Assembly (NCBI GenBank): GCA_002255585.1
Contig: NCBJ01000002.1
Location: 20,245-84,244 of the forward strand
Direction: 5' to 3'
Length of the DNA stretch: 64,000 nt
DNA from: Parcubacteria group bacterium 21-54-25
GTDB lineage: Bacteria > Patescibacteriota > Minisyncoccia > Phycocordibacterales > Phycocordibacteraceae
The notes beneath the pieces were generated by a model that worked only from the letters and a program-made list of their open reading frames with translations, was not told the DNA's origin and did no database searches. This document shows positions 37,820 to 46,927 of the stretch, in pieces. The translations under genes were made by a program, and so were the position numbers. Each line of letters starts with the position of its first letter. Positions within the stretch are counted from its first letter, which is position 1.

Positions 37820-39128
37820 GGAGCAAAACATCGATACGGTTCATGTCGCGCGGGAACAGCGTCGCTTCTTTAACATTATCGAGATCGAGCATCTTCATTG
37901 TGAGGCGTTCCAAGCCGGTCGAACATCCACCATGCGGTGGCATGCCATATTTGAACGCCTGCAGGTAAAATGCGAAGTTTTTCGGATCCATGCCGCGCTC
38001 CTCAATACGCTTCACAAGAACGTCGTAGTCGTGGATGCGCTGTGCCCCGCTATTGATTTCCAGACCTCGAAAGAGCAAATCAAATCCACGCGAGTGCGGC
38101 GCTTCTGCTGCGTGTTCGTAGGTATAGAACGAACGTTTATGCGTCGGAAACCGCGTAATGAATACAAAATCGCTCCCCTTCTCGCGCTGTGCCCATTCGC
38201 ATATTCCCCGTTCGTGTGCGGGCTCAAGATCGGGATCATCCGTAGAGACGCCAAGAATTTCTTGTGCTTCGCGCAGCGTGAGTATTGGAAATGGAGCTTC
38301 AGGCACGAGCGGCAGGTCGGTGCCGACCAGTGCAAAAAGGTCGGCGTATTTGCTTTGTACGTCGCGTACCACGTCACGCATGACTTCCTCGAGCACGAAC
38401 ATAACCTCTTGCTCGTCTTCGATGAATGCCATCTCGAAGTCCATCTGTGTGAGCTCTGAGATATGTCTCGTCGTTGCACTTTTCTCTGCACGAAAGACGC
38501 GAGCAATCGTAAACACCCGTTCGTATACGCCCGTCATAATCTGTTTGTAGAGCTGGGGCGAGGTCGCGAGGTTGGCAGTCTGTTCATTAAAATAGTCAAC
38601 CCGGAAAACTTCTGCGCCGCCCTCGGCGTCGCTCCCGACGAGCGCCGGTGCTTGAAACTCCATGAAGCCCTGTCGAATAAGTGAATTGCGATACGCCTGC
38701 ACCAGCGCAGCCTGCAGCGTGAAAATTGCACGCTCGCGTGGACGGCGCAAGGTGAGTGGTCGATAATCGAGAAGCGTGTCGAGGTTAAGATCGGCGTCAG
38801 TATCAAACGGCATCCCTGCGGCGCGTGAGAGAATATCAATACTTTTGACCTCGAGCTCGATGTCGCCATTCTGTTTTCCTTCCTGCACGTTCTTTTCGGG
38901 GCGTTTGTGTACCACGCCCTCCACGCGCACCACGTACTCTTTCCCCACTTCTTTTGCCGTCTCGAGCGCGCTTGAGCCCGGTAGGCACACGCCCTGCACC
39001 CTGCCAGAACGGTCACGAAAATCAAAAAATACCATTTTCCCTTGGTCACGCCGCACATCCACCCAACCTGAAATGCGCACGGTCTCGCCGATACGGTCCC
39101 CCAACCCCTCTATCATCGTCCGTTCCAT
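37788..39128 (-). CDS. aspS: Aspartyl-tRNA synthetase, short archaeal/eukaryal-type (no GAD insertion), possibly non-discriminating
   Basis: About 447 aa from ATG 39128; OB anticodon domain, class II motifs 1-3 (FRAE, GLERL); upstream ORF-track extension rejected. Confidence 0.85.
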   Translation of the reverse strand: MERTMIEGLGDRIGETVRISGWVDVRRDQGKMVFFDFRDRSGRVQGVCLPGSSALETAKEVGKEYVVRVEGVVHKRPEKNVQEGKQNGDIELEVKSIDILSRAAGMPFDTDADLNLDTLLDYRPLTLRRPRERAIFTLQAALVQAYRNSLIRQGFMEFQAPALVGSDAEGGAEVFRVDYFNEQTANLATSPQLYKQIMTGVYERVFTIARVFRAEKSATTRHISELTQMDFEMAFIEDEQEVMFVLEEVMRDVVRDVQSKYADLFALVGTDLPLVPEAPFPILTLREAQEILGVSTDDPDLEPAHERGICEWAQREKGSDFVFITRFPTHKRSFYTYEHAAEAPHSRGFDLLFRGLEINSGAQRIHDYDVLVKRIEERGMDPKNFAFYLQAFKYGMPPHGGCSTGLERLTMKMLDLDNVKEATLFPRDMNRIDVLLHGTDSGNIKE

Positions 39129-39148
39129 AGTCCTTATAAAATAACATA

Positions 39149-39170
39149 CCCCCGACATCCGTGTCGGGGG
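39149..39170 (-). terminator. Terminator-like hairpin (9-bp stem, U-tail) between M19-like gene and aspS
   Basis: Read on minus strand: acccccgaca-cgga-tgtcggggg then UAUGUUAUUUUAUAAGG; only about 20 nt before aspS ATG. Confidence 0.5.
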
Positions 39171-39189
39171 TAAAATAGCGGGGTAGCAC

Positions 39190-40176
39190 TCATGCCACCG
39201 AAGGCAGCGCTCGCGCAAGGAACGCACTGAGGTTTTTACTGCAGACGCATTCGACAAGCTGCTGCGGCAGGTATCGTATGAGAGTACTTGTAACAATGTT
39301 TCCAAGTTCCAGCCCGTGCTCGTAGACTATCCGCGAATAATGCGGGAAGTATATTCTGAAACTATCGTCTTTGTTAACGAGACTGGCCATGTCGTTATAG
39401 TTGCGTTCCGCTTCCCTTTCAGAAAGGTTCCAGTAGATAGCGTCAGATCCGATACCAACGCGTTCTTTCCCCAGTATGCGTACCGCATGCTCGACATGGT
39501 GCACAAAACAACGCAAGTAGTGCATGCTTTTTATGCATAAGAAGGGGTTTACAAGCGGGATACCCACATACCCATTATGCTTGGCGATCAGCTGTAAAAT
39601 AACGTCTGAGATATTTCGCGGGTGAGTGAATACTTCTCGACAGGCCGAATGTGTTGCACAAACAGCAATGCCGAGCCGCTCCCGTTCAATGAGTCGAAAT
39701 GCCTCAATGGTCGTTTGTTCATTGAGATGGGAGAGATCGAGAATCATGTTGACTTCTGCCATTGCTCGAATCACCTCCTCTCCCGCAGGCTTCAGACCAC
39801 CGCACCCCAAACACCCGACTCCGTACTCAGTGTCTTCTTTGTATGCCAGCGTCGCAATGTCTACACCCGCAGCCTTCATTGTGTGGATGTCTGCCGCTAC
39901 GACCCTCTTGGGGAGGTGTTGCAGACCAAACACGAGTGCTGTCTTTTGGTTTGGGTGCTCCTTGCTGCACCGATACTGATACATGCCCGGGTTGGTGAGT
40001 GCCACGCGCACGAAGCGTGCATGGGCAGACAGGAGTGCTTCCTTGTCTGTAACGAAAGGCGCGACCGAGGTACACACGGCCAAGCCGAGTTGGTGACCTT
40101 CTGAGAGCTTCCCACGAATGAGCGGCTCTCGCCCTTGTGGCGCAAGAAATACCATTGAATCTGCAAATGGATACAT
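39190..40176 (-). CDS. Membrane dipeptidase-like (peptidase M19 / amidohydrolase-fold) protein
   Basis: ILDLSHLNEQT (cf. VDLSHVS) and RVGIGSDAIY (cf. VGIGSDFDG); GGAGG Shine-Dalgarno sequence 8 nt upstream. Confidence 0.4.
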   Translation of the reverse strand: MYPFADSMVFLAPQGREPLIRGKLSEGHQLGLAVCTSVAPFVTDKEALLSAHARFVRVALTNPGMYQYRCSKEHPNQKTALVFGLQHLPKRVVAADIHTMKAAGVDIATLAYKEDTEYGVGCLGCGGLKPAGEEVIRAMAEVNMILDLSHLNEQTTIEAFRLIERERLGIAVCATHSACREVFTHPRNISDVILQLIAKHNGYVGIPLVNPFLCIKSMHYLRCFVHHVEHAVRILGKERVGIGSDAIYWNLSEREAERNYNDMASLVNKDDSFRIYFPHYSRIVYEHGLELGNIVTSTLIRYLPQQLVECVCSKNLSAFLARALPSVA

Positions 40177-40291
40177 GGGTACATCCTCCGCTGTGCTGTT
40201 TCTCTAGTAGGAATATAAACACGTTTCTAATAATGAGTCAATCTTCCGCTGGTGCATTTGTGCGCTGTCAGGTGCGCGGTTCACACACCGG

Positions 40292-41254
40292 CTAGAAAGT
40301 AACACCGATGACACGCTTCACACGCTCCATTTTACGCTCGGAAACCGCGCGCGCTTCCTCAGCACCTTTTGCAAGGATGTCTTCCACGATGCCCAGTTCG
40401 CTTCGAAGCCCTGCGTACCGCACGCGCATGGGCGCAAGATAGCGATCAAGGTCTTCAATGAGCATCTCTTTGAGCACCTTGTACTGGCCCTGATGCTTTT
40501 CGTATATGGGGACAAGCTCTTCTTCGCTTCGTACAAGCTTGTGGATGGCGTACACGTGCTCGGGTCGTCCACCGCTCGAATCGGTGACGATATTCATGAC
40601 ACGCTTGGCAATTTCCTCACGCGAGGCAAATAGCGGAATCACGTTATTGTAACTTTTACTCATTTTTTGGCCGTCCGTGCCCGGCACCACAGCAACGTCG
40701 GACGCGATGTAGGGCTCGGGCAGCCGAAACACATCGTCTTTGAAAATATGGTTGAACTTCTCCGCGGTGTCGCGCGCAATTTCTATGTGCTGTTTTTGAT
40801 CAGCCCCCACCGGCACGATGGTGGCGTCGTAAAGCAGAATGTCCGCGGCCATGAGCATCGGGTAGTTAAAAGTGCCGACAGAAATCTCCTTATTCTTTGC
40901 TTCAGCGTCTTTAAATGCATGGGCGCGCATGAGGTACGGCATAGTGGTGATGCTGTCGAAAATCCAGGCAAGCTCTGTGTGCGCCGGCACGTCCGATTGT
41001 TTGAAAAGTACAACCTTCTTTGGGTCAAGCCCAATCGCTAAATAGGTCATGACGAGGTCGTATATGCACGTTCGCATCTCGCCAGCGTTCTGCACAGTAT
41101 TGAGCGCGTGATAGTCCGCGACCATGATGAAACAGCGGTATCCACCGCTCTCAAAAAGCTCTACTTGTTGACGCAACGCGCCAAAATAATTGCCGATATG
41201 TGGCTCCCCCGACGGCTTGACGCCGGAAAGTAAAACAGGTTTCTGGTCACTCAT
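40292..41254 (-). CDS. trpS: Tryptophanyl-tRNA synthetase
   Basis: Class I GEPHIGNYFG and KMSKS motifs; start at MSDQKPV. Confidence 0.9.
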   Translation of the reverse strand: MSDQKPVLLSGVKPSGEPHIGNYFGALRQQVELFESGGYRCFIMVADYHALNTVQNAGEMRTCIYDLVMTYLAIGLDPKKVVLFKQSDVPAHTELAWIFDSITTMPYLMRAHAFKDAEAKNKEISVGTFNYPMLMAADILLYDATIVPVGADQKQHIEIARDTAEKFNHIFKDDVFRLPEPYIASDVAVVPGTDGQKMSKSYNNVIPLFASREEIAKRVMNIVTDSSGGRPEHVYAIHKLVRSEEELVPIYEKHQGQYKVLKEMLIEDLDRYLAPMRVRYAGLRSELGIVEDILAKGAEEARAVSERKMERVKRVIGVTF

Positions 41255-41300
41255 GAGTATACGATAGCACACCCTTCGTCTTCATGTCGTAATTGTATGG

Positions 41301-41333
41301 AAATAAACAAAGGCCCCCTACCCAGGAGGGCCC
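41301..41333 (-). terminator. GC hairpin plus U-rich tail downstream of the 41340-41879 gene
   Basis: Read on minus strand: gggccc-tcctgggtag-ggggcc-tttgtttattt. Confidence 0.35.
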
Positions 41334-41339
41334 GTCTGT

Positions 41340-41879
41340 TTATGATGAGACGATGATCGTCCCGGAGGGCCATTTTTTCGAAAAATCAGCTTGGGTTCTT
41401 CGTACACACGTGTGCCGAAAGTACGGTCTCCATAAGGCTTCCAGAAGAAGCGGTGCGCCGTGTGCCCCAGACGTAGCGAAGGCGATCATGTATTGTCCGC
41501 CGTCGCCAAGCACGCTTTCCATCCACGCCAACGAGTCCCGCCATAGTGGTAAGAACGCAAGGTAGTGAATTGGATTCACTTGGCAGGCAAGCCCTATGCT
41601 TTTCATGACATCCACAAGAAATACCGCCCCGTTTTCGTCCATTATCTGGTGAATCCGAATATATGCCGGTGGCACATACCATTCTTTCCTCATCTCTATC
41701 GCTCGAGCGCGATAGAGATCCTCGCGTGAAAACGATGGAAATATGGCCAGTACGTCTTGTATATCTCCTTTCTTTAAGACAAGGCCGGGAAGCATTAGCG
41801 CGCTCACTTGAACAAGTGAAGTTGTTTTTGCCTTAACGTCGTTCTTGCTGCCACACAGGTCTCGCTCTTTATTTTGCAT
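41340..41879 (-). CDS. Hypothetical protein
   Basis: 179 aa; AAGGAG Shine-Dalgarno sequence 8 nt upstream of ATG; no recognisable motifs. Confidence 0.5.
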   Translation of the reverse strand: MQNKERDLCGSKNDVKAKTTSLVQVSALMLPGLVLKKGDIQDVLAIFPSFSREDLYRARAIEMRKEWYVPPAYIRIHQIMDENGAVFLVDVMKSIGLACQVNPIHYLAFLPLWRDSLAWMESVLGDGGQYMIAFATSGAHGAPLLLEALWRPYFRHTCVRRTQADFSKKWPSGTIIVSS

Positions 41880-41991
41880 GAGCTGCTCCTTACTCTTATT
41901 GCCTGTTGCACCTTTTTAGGTTTTAAGCTTTTGGGAAAGAACGCCCCCTGGTATACAAATCCCTACCGACCTCTTTGTCAAGCAAGGCTTT

Positions 41992-42077
41992 TGGTGCGCC
42001 GGGTAGGATTCGAACCTACGTAGACCGAAGTCGATTGGTTTACAGCCAATTGCAATTGACCACTCTGCCACCGACGC
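41992..42077 (-). tRNA. tRNA-Tyr (anticodon GUA), class II with long variable arm, CCA encoded
   Basis: Hand-folded: acceptor GCGTCGG/CCGGCGC, 3-bp D stem, anticodon loop CTGTAAA, 15-nt variable hairpin, T-loop TTCGAAT, discriminator A then CCA. Confidence 0.8.
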
Positions 42078-42087
42078 AATATCGCCG

Positions 42088-42115
42088 AGTATAGCCGATT
42101 CTCAGGTTATTTCAA
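42088..42115 (-). promoter_or_regulatory. Near-consensus promoter TTGAAA-N16-TATACT driving tRNA-Tyr
   Basis: Read on minus strand: -35 starts right after the tyrS stop codon, -10 ends 10 nt before the tRNA 5' end. Confidence 0.4.
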
Positions 42116-43342
42116 AATGAGAACCAGGAGGTCGCGCCTGCCTTTTTTAAGGAGCGCGAGACCGTGTGAGAAGTCGTCGACAGAAACCAGTTGGTCGATT
42201 TCTGCAAGCACGCCGTTCAGAGAGACGCCCTTCCCTTCGATGAGGCGGCGCGCTTCGCCCTTGGAGGACGCCAGCCCGCTCTCGGCCAGGACGTCGGTGA
42301 GCGTGGTGCCGGCGCCGACGCTGTGCGTCGGCGCCTCCCTGAGCACGACCGCACGGGCTGCGCCCGAGAGCGACGCGAGGGGTGTCCCGCCAAAAAGTGC
42401 CTTGCTCGCTTCCGCCGCAGTTTTTGCCGCGGCTTCTCCGTGCACGAGAGTAGTTACCTCCCACGCGAGCTTCATCTGTGCGACGCGATCGCCGGGGTTC
42501 TGTGCATGGAGCGTCATGAGCGTCTCAATCTCTTCGAGCGAGAGGAAGGTATAAAATTTCAGATACGTATCGAGCTCAGCGTCTGGTTGGTTGAGCCAAA
42601 ACTGATAAAACACAAACGGCGAGGTCTTCTTTGGATCGAGCCACACAGCATTGCCCTCACTCTTTCCAAATTTCTTTCCAGTGGCGTCGGTAACGAGCGG
42701 CGCCGTAAGCCCGTGGGCCTCTCCCCCAAGCTTGCGACGAATAAGCTCGACCCCCGAAAGAATGTTGGTCCATTGATCCGAAGCTCCTATCTGCAGATCA
42801 CAACCGTATGTTTGATGGAGCACGAGATAGTCATAGCCCTGCAGGAGCGTGTATGTAAACTCGGTATAGGAAATGCTCTCATCGGGTGTCTCAAGTCGAC
42901 GCCGAATCGTATCGCGTTTTATGAGCTCATTGACCGTAAAATGTTTACCTATGTCGCGCAAAAACGGCACAAGCGGCACCTTGGAAAGCCAGGTCGTGTT
43001 ATCAACAACACGAAAACGCGTCTTACCGAGGAGGCCTTGGAGTTGCTTCTTGAGTGCGCGTGCATTTGCACGAACTGTTTTCTCGTCGAGGAGCGCGCGC
43101 TCTCCTTTCTCCTTCGGATCACCGATCATGCCGGTCGCGCCCCCTACCAGAAATATGAGCTTGTGCCCGGCCATACCAAGTCGCTTCATAAGGAGAACCA
43201 CTGCGAGATTGCCTATTTGCGCTGAGTCGGCAGTTGGATCGATGCCAAGATACACGGTGCGTGTCTTAGAAAAAATCTCTGGCAGCGCGGCGGTTTTGTC
43301 TGCCACGAGCCCTCGTGCTTCTAGCTCCTGTGCGAGTTCCAT
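42107..43342 (-). CDS. tyrS: Tyrosyl-tRNA synthetase
   Basis: Class I HIGH-like (ADSAQIGN) and KFGKS motifs; C-terminal S4-like domain; first ATG at 43342 (ORF-track TTG 43366 possible). Confidence 0.9.
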   Translation of the reverse strand: MELAQELEARGLVADKTAALPEIFSKTRTVYLGIDPTADSAQIGNLAVVLLMKRLGMAGHKLIFLVGGATGMIGDPKEKGERALLDEKTVRANARALKKQLQGLLGKTRFRVVDNTTWLSKVPLVPFLRDIGKHFTVNELIKRDTIRRRLETPDESISYTEFTYTLLQGYDYLVLHQTYGCDLQIGASDQWTNILSGVELIRRKLGGEAHGLTAPLVTDATGKKFGKSEGNAVWLDPKKTSPFVFYQFWLNQPDAELDTYLKFYTFLSLEEIETLMTLHAQNPGDRVAQMKLAWEVTTLVHGEAAAKTAAEASKALFGGTPLASLSGAARAVVLREAPTHSVGAGTTLTDVLAESGLASSKGEARRLIEGKGVSLNGVLAEIDQLVSVDDFSHGLALLKKGRRDLLVLILK

Positions 43343-43369
43343 TGTCACGAGTATAACAGAAAACAAGCG

Positions 43370-45169
43370 CTACTCATGTAAGCCGATATGGTACTCGTAC
43401 AGACGACGATATGTGCCACTTTCCATAGCCATGAGCTCATTGTGGCTACCTCGCTCAACGATCGTACCACCCTTAACAACGAGGATGAGGTCTGCCTTGC
43501 GAACCGTTGAAAGCCGATGCGCGACAATAAAGGTGGTGCGCCCCCGCATGAGCCTCTCGAGGGAAGCCGTGAGTAATCGCTCGGTCTCTGAATCGAGCGC
43601 AGACGTTGGCTCATCAAGAATTAGGAATTCAGGGTTGCGGAGAATAGCGCGTGCAATAGCGACACGTTGTTTCTGCCCAACAGAAAGTTTAATGCCCCGC
43701 TCGCCGACGATTGTGTCGTAGCGATTGGATTGTTTCATAATAGAGTCATGAATGTGCGCCTCTTTGGCTGCCGCTTCGACTGCCGCATCGCTCGCATCAA
43801 AAGTGCCGTAGCGAATATTTTCACGTATAGTGCCATTAAAAAGCGCGACTTCCTGTGGTACCACGGCGATGCGCGAACGAAGAGCAGTGAGATCCCATTG
43901 GCGCGTGTCAATGTCGTCGACACATACGCTCCCTTTTTGTGGGAAGTAGTAGCCGGAGATGAGCGTTATTGCTGTACTTTTTCCCACACCCGACTCACCG
44001 ACAAATGCAACCACGTGCCCAGGCGAGACCGTAAAGCTCATGTGTGAAAGTATGTCGGCCTGGGCTTTTTCATAACGAAATGAGACATCGTCAAAAACGA
44101 CTTCACCATGTCGCTTGTTCGCGACTTGCGCTCCGGCGGGATGGTAGATCTCCTGAGGCAACGCAAATATGCGATCAGCCTGACCGGCGGCAGTAAGTCC
44201 GTTTTGAATAATTTGCCAGTTACGGCCGAGAGCAACGATGGGGCCAAAGAACATGAGCGCGTATCCGTTAAGCGCAATCAGATCCCCGACAGAAATAGTA
44301 CCGACCTGTACATATTGTACTGACACTATAAAGATAGCCAGTTGTGTAAGAAATACGACAACGCGTTGCGAGAAATTCATGGTATTCCAGGCACGTTCAA
44401 GTTGGTACCATAAGCGAAAGGTTTCTCCACGAAGCATCTTTGTAACCTTTTCTGTCTCGTGTGTTTCGGCCGTGGACTGCTTCACCGCTGCAGTTTGGGT
44501 AACAGCTGCAGCCGCATCGTTCCAGCTCGTGTTCCAGGTGGCATGTGCCTTACTGTCGGCCGCGGCAATAGGTGCGATGACGCGAGAAAGAATGAGTATG
44601 TAAATTGTCACACCGCCGGCCAAGATACCCGCAAGCGTGAGATTAATGGTTGTCGCAAGTGCCAAGCCGATACCAATCGAGAGGAATTGAGGTACTGTCG
44701 TTACGATAGTGCTCAAGAGCGAATCTATACGCCAGCTCGCACTGCTCAGACTTTGCAACTCTCCCTGTATGTGGGCGTGGGTGTGGTACGCAATCGGTAA
44801 TCGTAATAAATGGGTAAATCCATTCGTTTGCACATCCAATTGCAATGCAAGTGCGAACTTACGCGTTAACCGATCTGTAATCCAGTCGACATTATTCGCA
44901 ATAAGTTGCATGAGTGCCCAAAGTACAAGCATGACCGTCCACAAAGGGAATCCAGCAACATACGTAAACTGATGGTGTGACACCTCGATAAGCGCGTCGA
45001 AGAAACGCCCCGTCACGAACGGAATCGCACCATTTGCGATAGCTGAAATAACGCCTAATACGGTCACTAGGATGAGCGCGTTGCGGTACACACGAGCATG
45101 TCGCCACACACCGCGCAAGCCTTCGCGCAGGGTTATTGGCGCCTCTTCTGTACGTGTTGTATTGGGCAT
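43370..45169 (-). CDS. ABC exporter, fused permease-ATPase (MsbA/Sav1866-like)
   Basis: 6-TM domain plus NBD with Walker A GESGVGKST, signature LSVGQKQR, Walker B ILDEPTSALD. Confidence 0.85.
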   Translation of the reverse strand: MPNTTRTEEAPITLREGLRGVWRHARVYRNALILVTVLGVISAIANGAIPFVTGRFFDALIEVSHHQFTYVAGFPLWTVMLVLWALMQLIANNVDWITDRLTRKFALALQLDVQTNGFTHLLRLPIAYHTHAHIQGELQSLSSASWRIDSLLSTIVTTVPQFLSIGIGLALATTINLTLAGILAGGVTIYILILSRVIAPIAAADSKAHATWNTSWNDAAAAVTQTAAVKQSTAETHETEKVTKMLRGETFRLWYQLERAWNTMNFSQRVVVFLTQLAIFIVSVQYVQVGTISVGDLIALNGYALMFFGPIVALGRNWQIIQNGLTAAGQADRIFALPQEIYHPAGAQVANKRHGEVVFDDVSFRYEKAQADILSHMSFTVSPGHVVAFVGESGVGKSTAITLISGYYFPQKGSVCVDDIDTRQWDLTALRSRIAVVPQEVALFNGTIRENIRYGTFDASDAAVEAAAKEAHIHDSIMKQSNRYDTIVGERGIKLSVGQKQRVAIARAILRNPEFLILDEPTSALDSETERLLTASLERLMRGRTTFIVAHRLSTVRKADLILVVKGGTIVERGSHNELMAMESGTYRRLYEYHIGLHE

Positions 45170-45188
45170 GCCGGCTCAGACTAGCAAA

Positions 45189-45704
45189 CTACCGGCCGAA
45201 AAAAAAGAGACCGAGGAGTGGGGCGACAAACCACCAGAAAAAATACGCTTTTGCGGCAAAAAGCAAATCGATAGCTGGCGTAAACGCATACACACTACGC
45301 ACAGGAAACACGTGGTACGCAAGTGCAATCAGAAAAGCTGCCGCGAGAAGCGAGAGAATGGCCAAGCCAATCGTACCGACTGAAAGAAAGTCAGACACCA
45401 CCACGCGCCGCAAAATGACATACGTAGCCCCCACAAAAGCACCATAGAGTGCGAGGTCGGCGATAAGCACGGTAACTGGCGGTGCGCTCGGCAAAAGATG
45501 CATGAAAGGAAACGCCACGTAGAGCGCGTAGCCGGTGTAAAGCGATACGAGCAGCGCAACGAACTGCCCACGCCCTACATAGCGCGCAAAAAAGAAAAAC
45601 GCGGCGAACAGAATGAGTACTGCAAGGAAGTCCACAGCGAAAGAATACACGCCGACGCCAGTGTGCGTGGCGAGCGTTTGGGCTTGCACGATGGTGCTGT
45701 TCAT
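45189..45704 (-). CDS. Hypothetical polytopic membrane protein
   Basis: 171 aa, 5-6 hydrophobic segments, between dnaJ and ABC exporter on same strand. Confidence 0.4.
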   Translation of the reverse strand: MNSTIVQAQTLATHTGVGVYSFAVDFLAVLILFAAFFFFARYVGRGQFVALLVSLYTGYALYVAFPFMHLLPSAPPVTVLIADLALYGAFVGATYVILRRVVVSDFLSVGTIGLAILSLLAAAFLIALAYHVFPVRSVYAFTPAIDLLFAAKAYFFWWFVAPLLGLFFFGR

Positions 45705-45773
45705 ACCAGATAGTATAAACCACGCGCCGGCCGCGCCCGCGTGTGGTTTCCGCGCAAGGTGCGCAACGTAGCG

Positions 45774-46838
45774 TTATAACCCTTCTTCCTTGAGCTCACC
45801 AATTGCTTTTCTGGCGCGCGAAGAAAGTTTTTTAGGAAACACAACTGATACACGAATTAAGAGGTCGCCGTGGCCAGCGCTGCCCGCCACGCCCTTTCCC
45901 CGTACGCGGAGCACTTCCTCAGCGCGCGAGAGTGGCGGCACCTTCACTTCTATGTTTTTTCCATCAACGAGTGCCACAGAAACCGCGCTGCCGAGAAGTG
46001 CGTCGGTCATCTTCACAGGTAAGTCCATAACAAGATTCAGACCTTCTTTACGAAAGACTGGGTCCGGCTTCACGTGCACCTTTACATACAAATCACCAGC
46101 CGCAGCGCCTTTCACTGCCTCCCCCTGGCCGGGCAAACGAATCATCTCGCCATTGTCGATGCCTGCTGGCACCTCGATCATGATTTCCTCCTCACGACGC
46201 AAGACTCCGTGACCATGACAAGTTGCGCATTGCTCCTTCGGCACTTTCCCGGCACCTTCACAATCCGAACACGCTCGCACCGTTGCAAAGGTACCAAGAA
46301 TAGAATTGCGTGTCTCGTGAATGCGGCCAGAGCCGCCGCACGTAGCACAGGTATCCATCGTCGTTCCTTTTTTTGCGCCAGTACCAGCACATACTTCGCA
46401 TTGGCTAATCTTTGCGAGCAATACTGAACGTTTCGCACCAAGAACGGCTTCTTTGAAGGATACCTCGATATCAATTGAAATGTCACGCCCGCGTACCGCC
46501 TGCCGCCGACCACCGCCACCAAAGACATCTCCAAACCCTTGGAAAATGTCCGAAAAATCAAACTCCCCGAATTGCGATGCGCCGGTAAAGTTATTGGGAT
46601 CAAAACCACCTGCGCCAGCAGCGTTGCCGCCCGCAAACGTGCGACCATATGAATCATATTCGCGGCGCTTTTTGTCGTCGGAAAGTATCGCGTACGCTTC
46701 GGTAATCTCTTTAAACTTTGCCTCGTCACCGCCCTTGTCAGGATGGTGTTTTTGCGCCAGCTTCCGAAATGCTTTCTTTATGTCATCTTTGCTCGCTTGG
46801 CGCGCAACCCCAAGCACTGCGTAATAGTCTTTTGTCAT
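45774..46838 (-). CDS. dnaJ: Chaperone DnaJ
   Basis: J domain HPD, G/F region, four CxxCxGxG repeats. Confidence 0.9.
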   Translation of the reverse strand: MTKDYYAVLGVARQASKDDIKKAFRKLAQKHHPDKGGDEAKFKEITEAYAILSDDKKRREYDSYGRTFAGGNAAGAGGFDPNNFTGASQFGEFDFSDIFQGFGDVFGGGGRRQAVRGRDISIDIEVSFKEAVLGAKRSVLLAKISQCEVCAGTGAKKGTTMDTCATCGGSGRIHETRNSILGTFATVRACSDCEGAGKVPKEQCATCHGHGVLRREEEIMIEVPAGIDNGEMIRLPGQGEAVKGAAAGDLYVKVHVKPDPVFRKEGLNLVMDLPVKMTDALLGSAVSVALVDGKNIEVKVPPLSRAEEVLRVRGKGVAGSAGHGDLLIRVSVVFPKKLSSRARKAIGELKEEGL

Positions 46839-46927
46839 ACCGAGACACTATACACCCGCATACAGAAAGAATGCAAAACCCGTCGTGCGCAAAGCGCACG
46901 ACGGGTTTTGCATTAACGATGCGTGTA

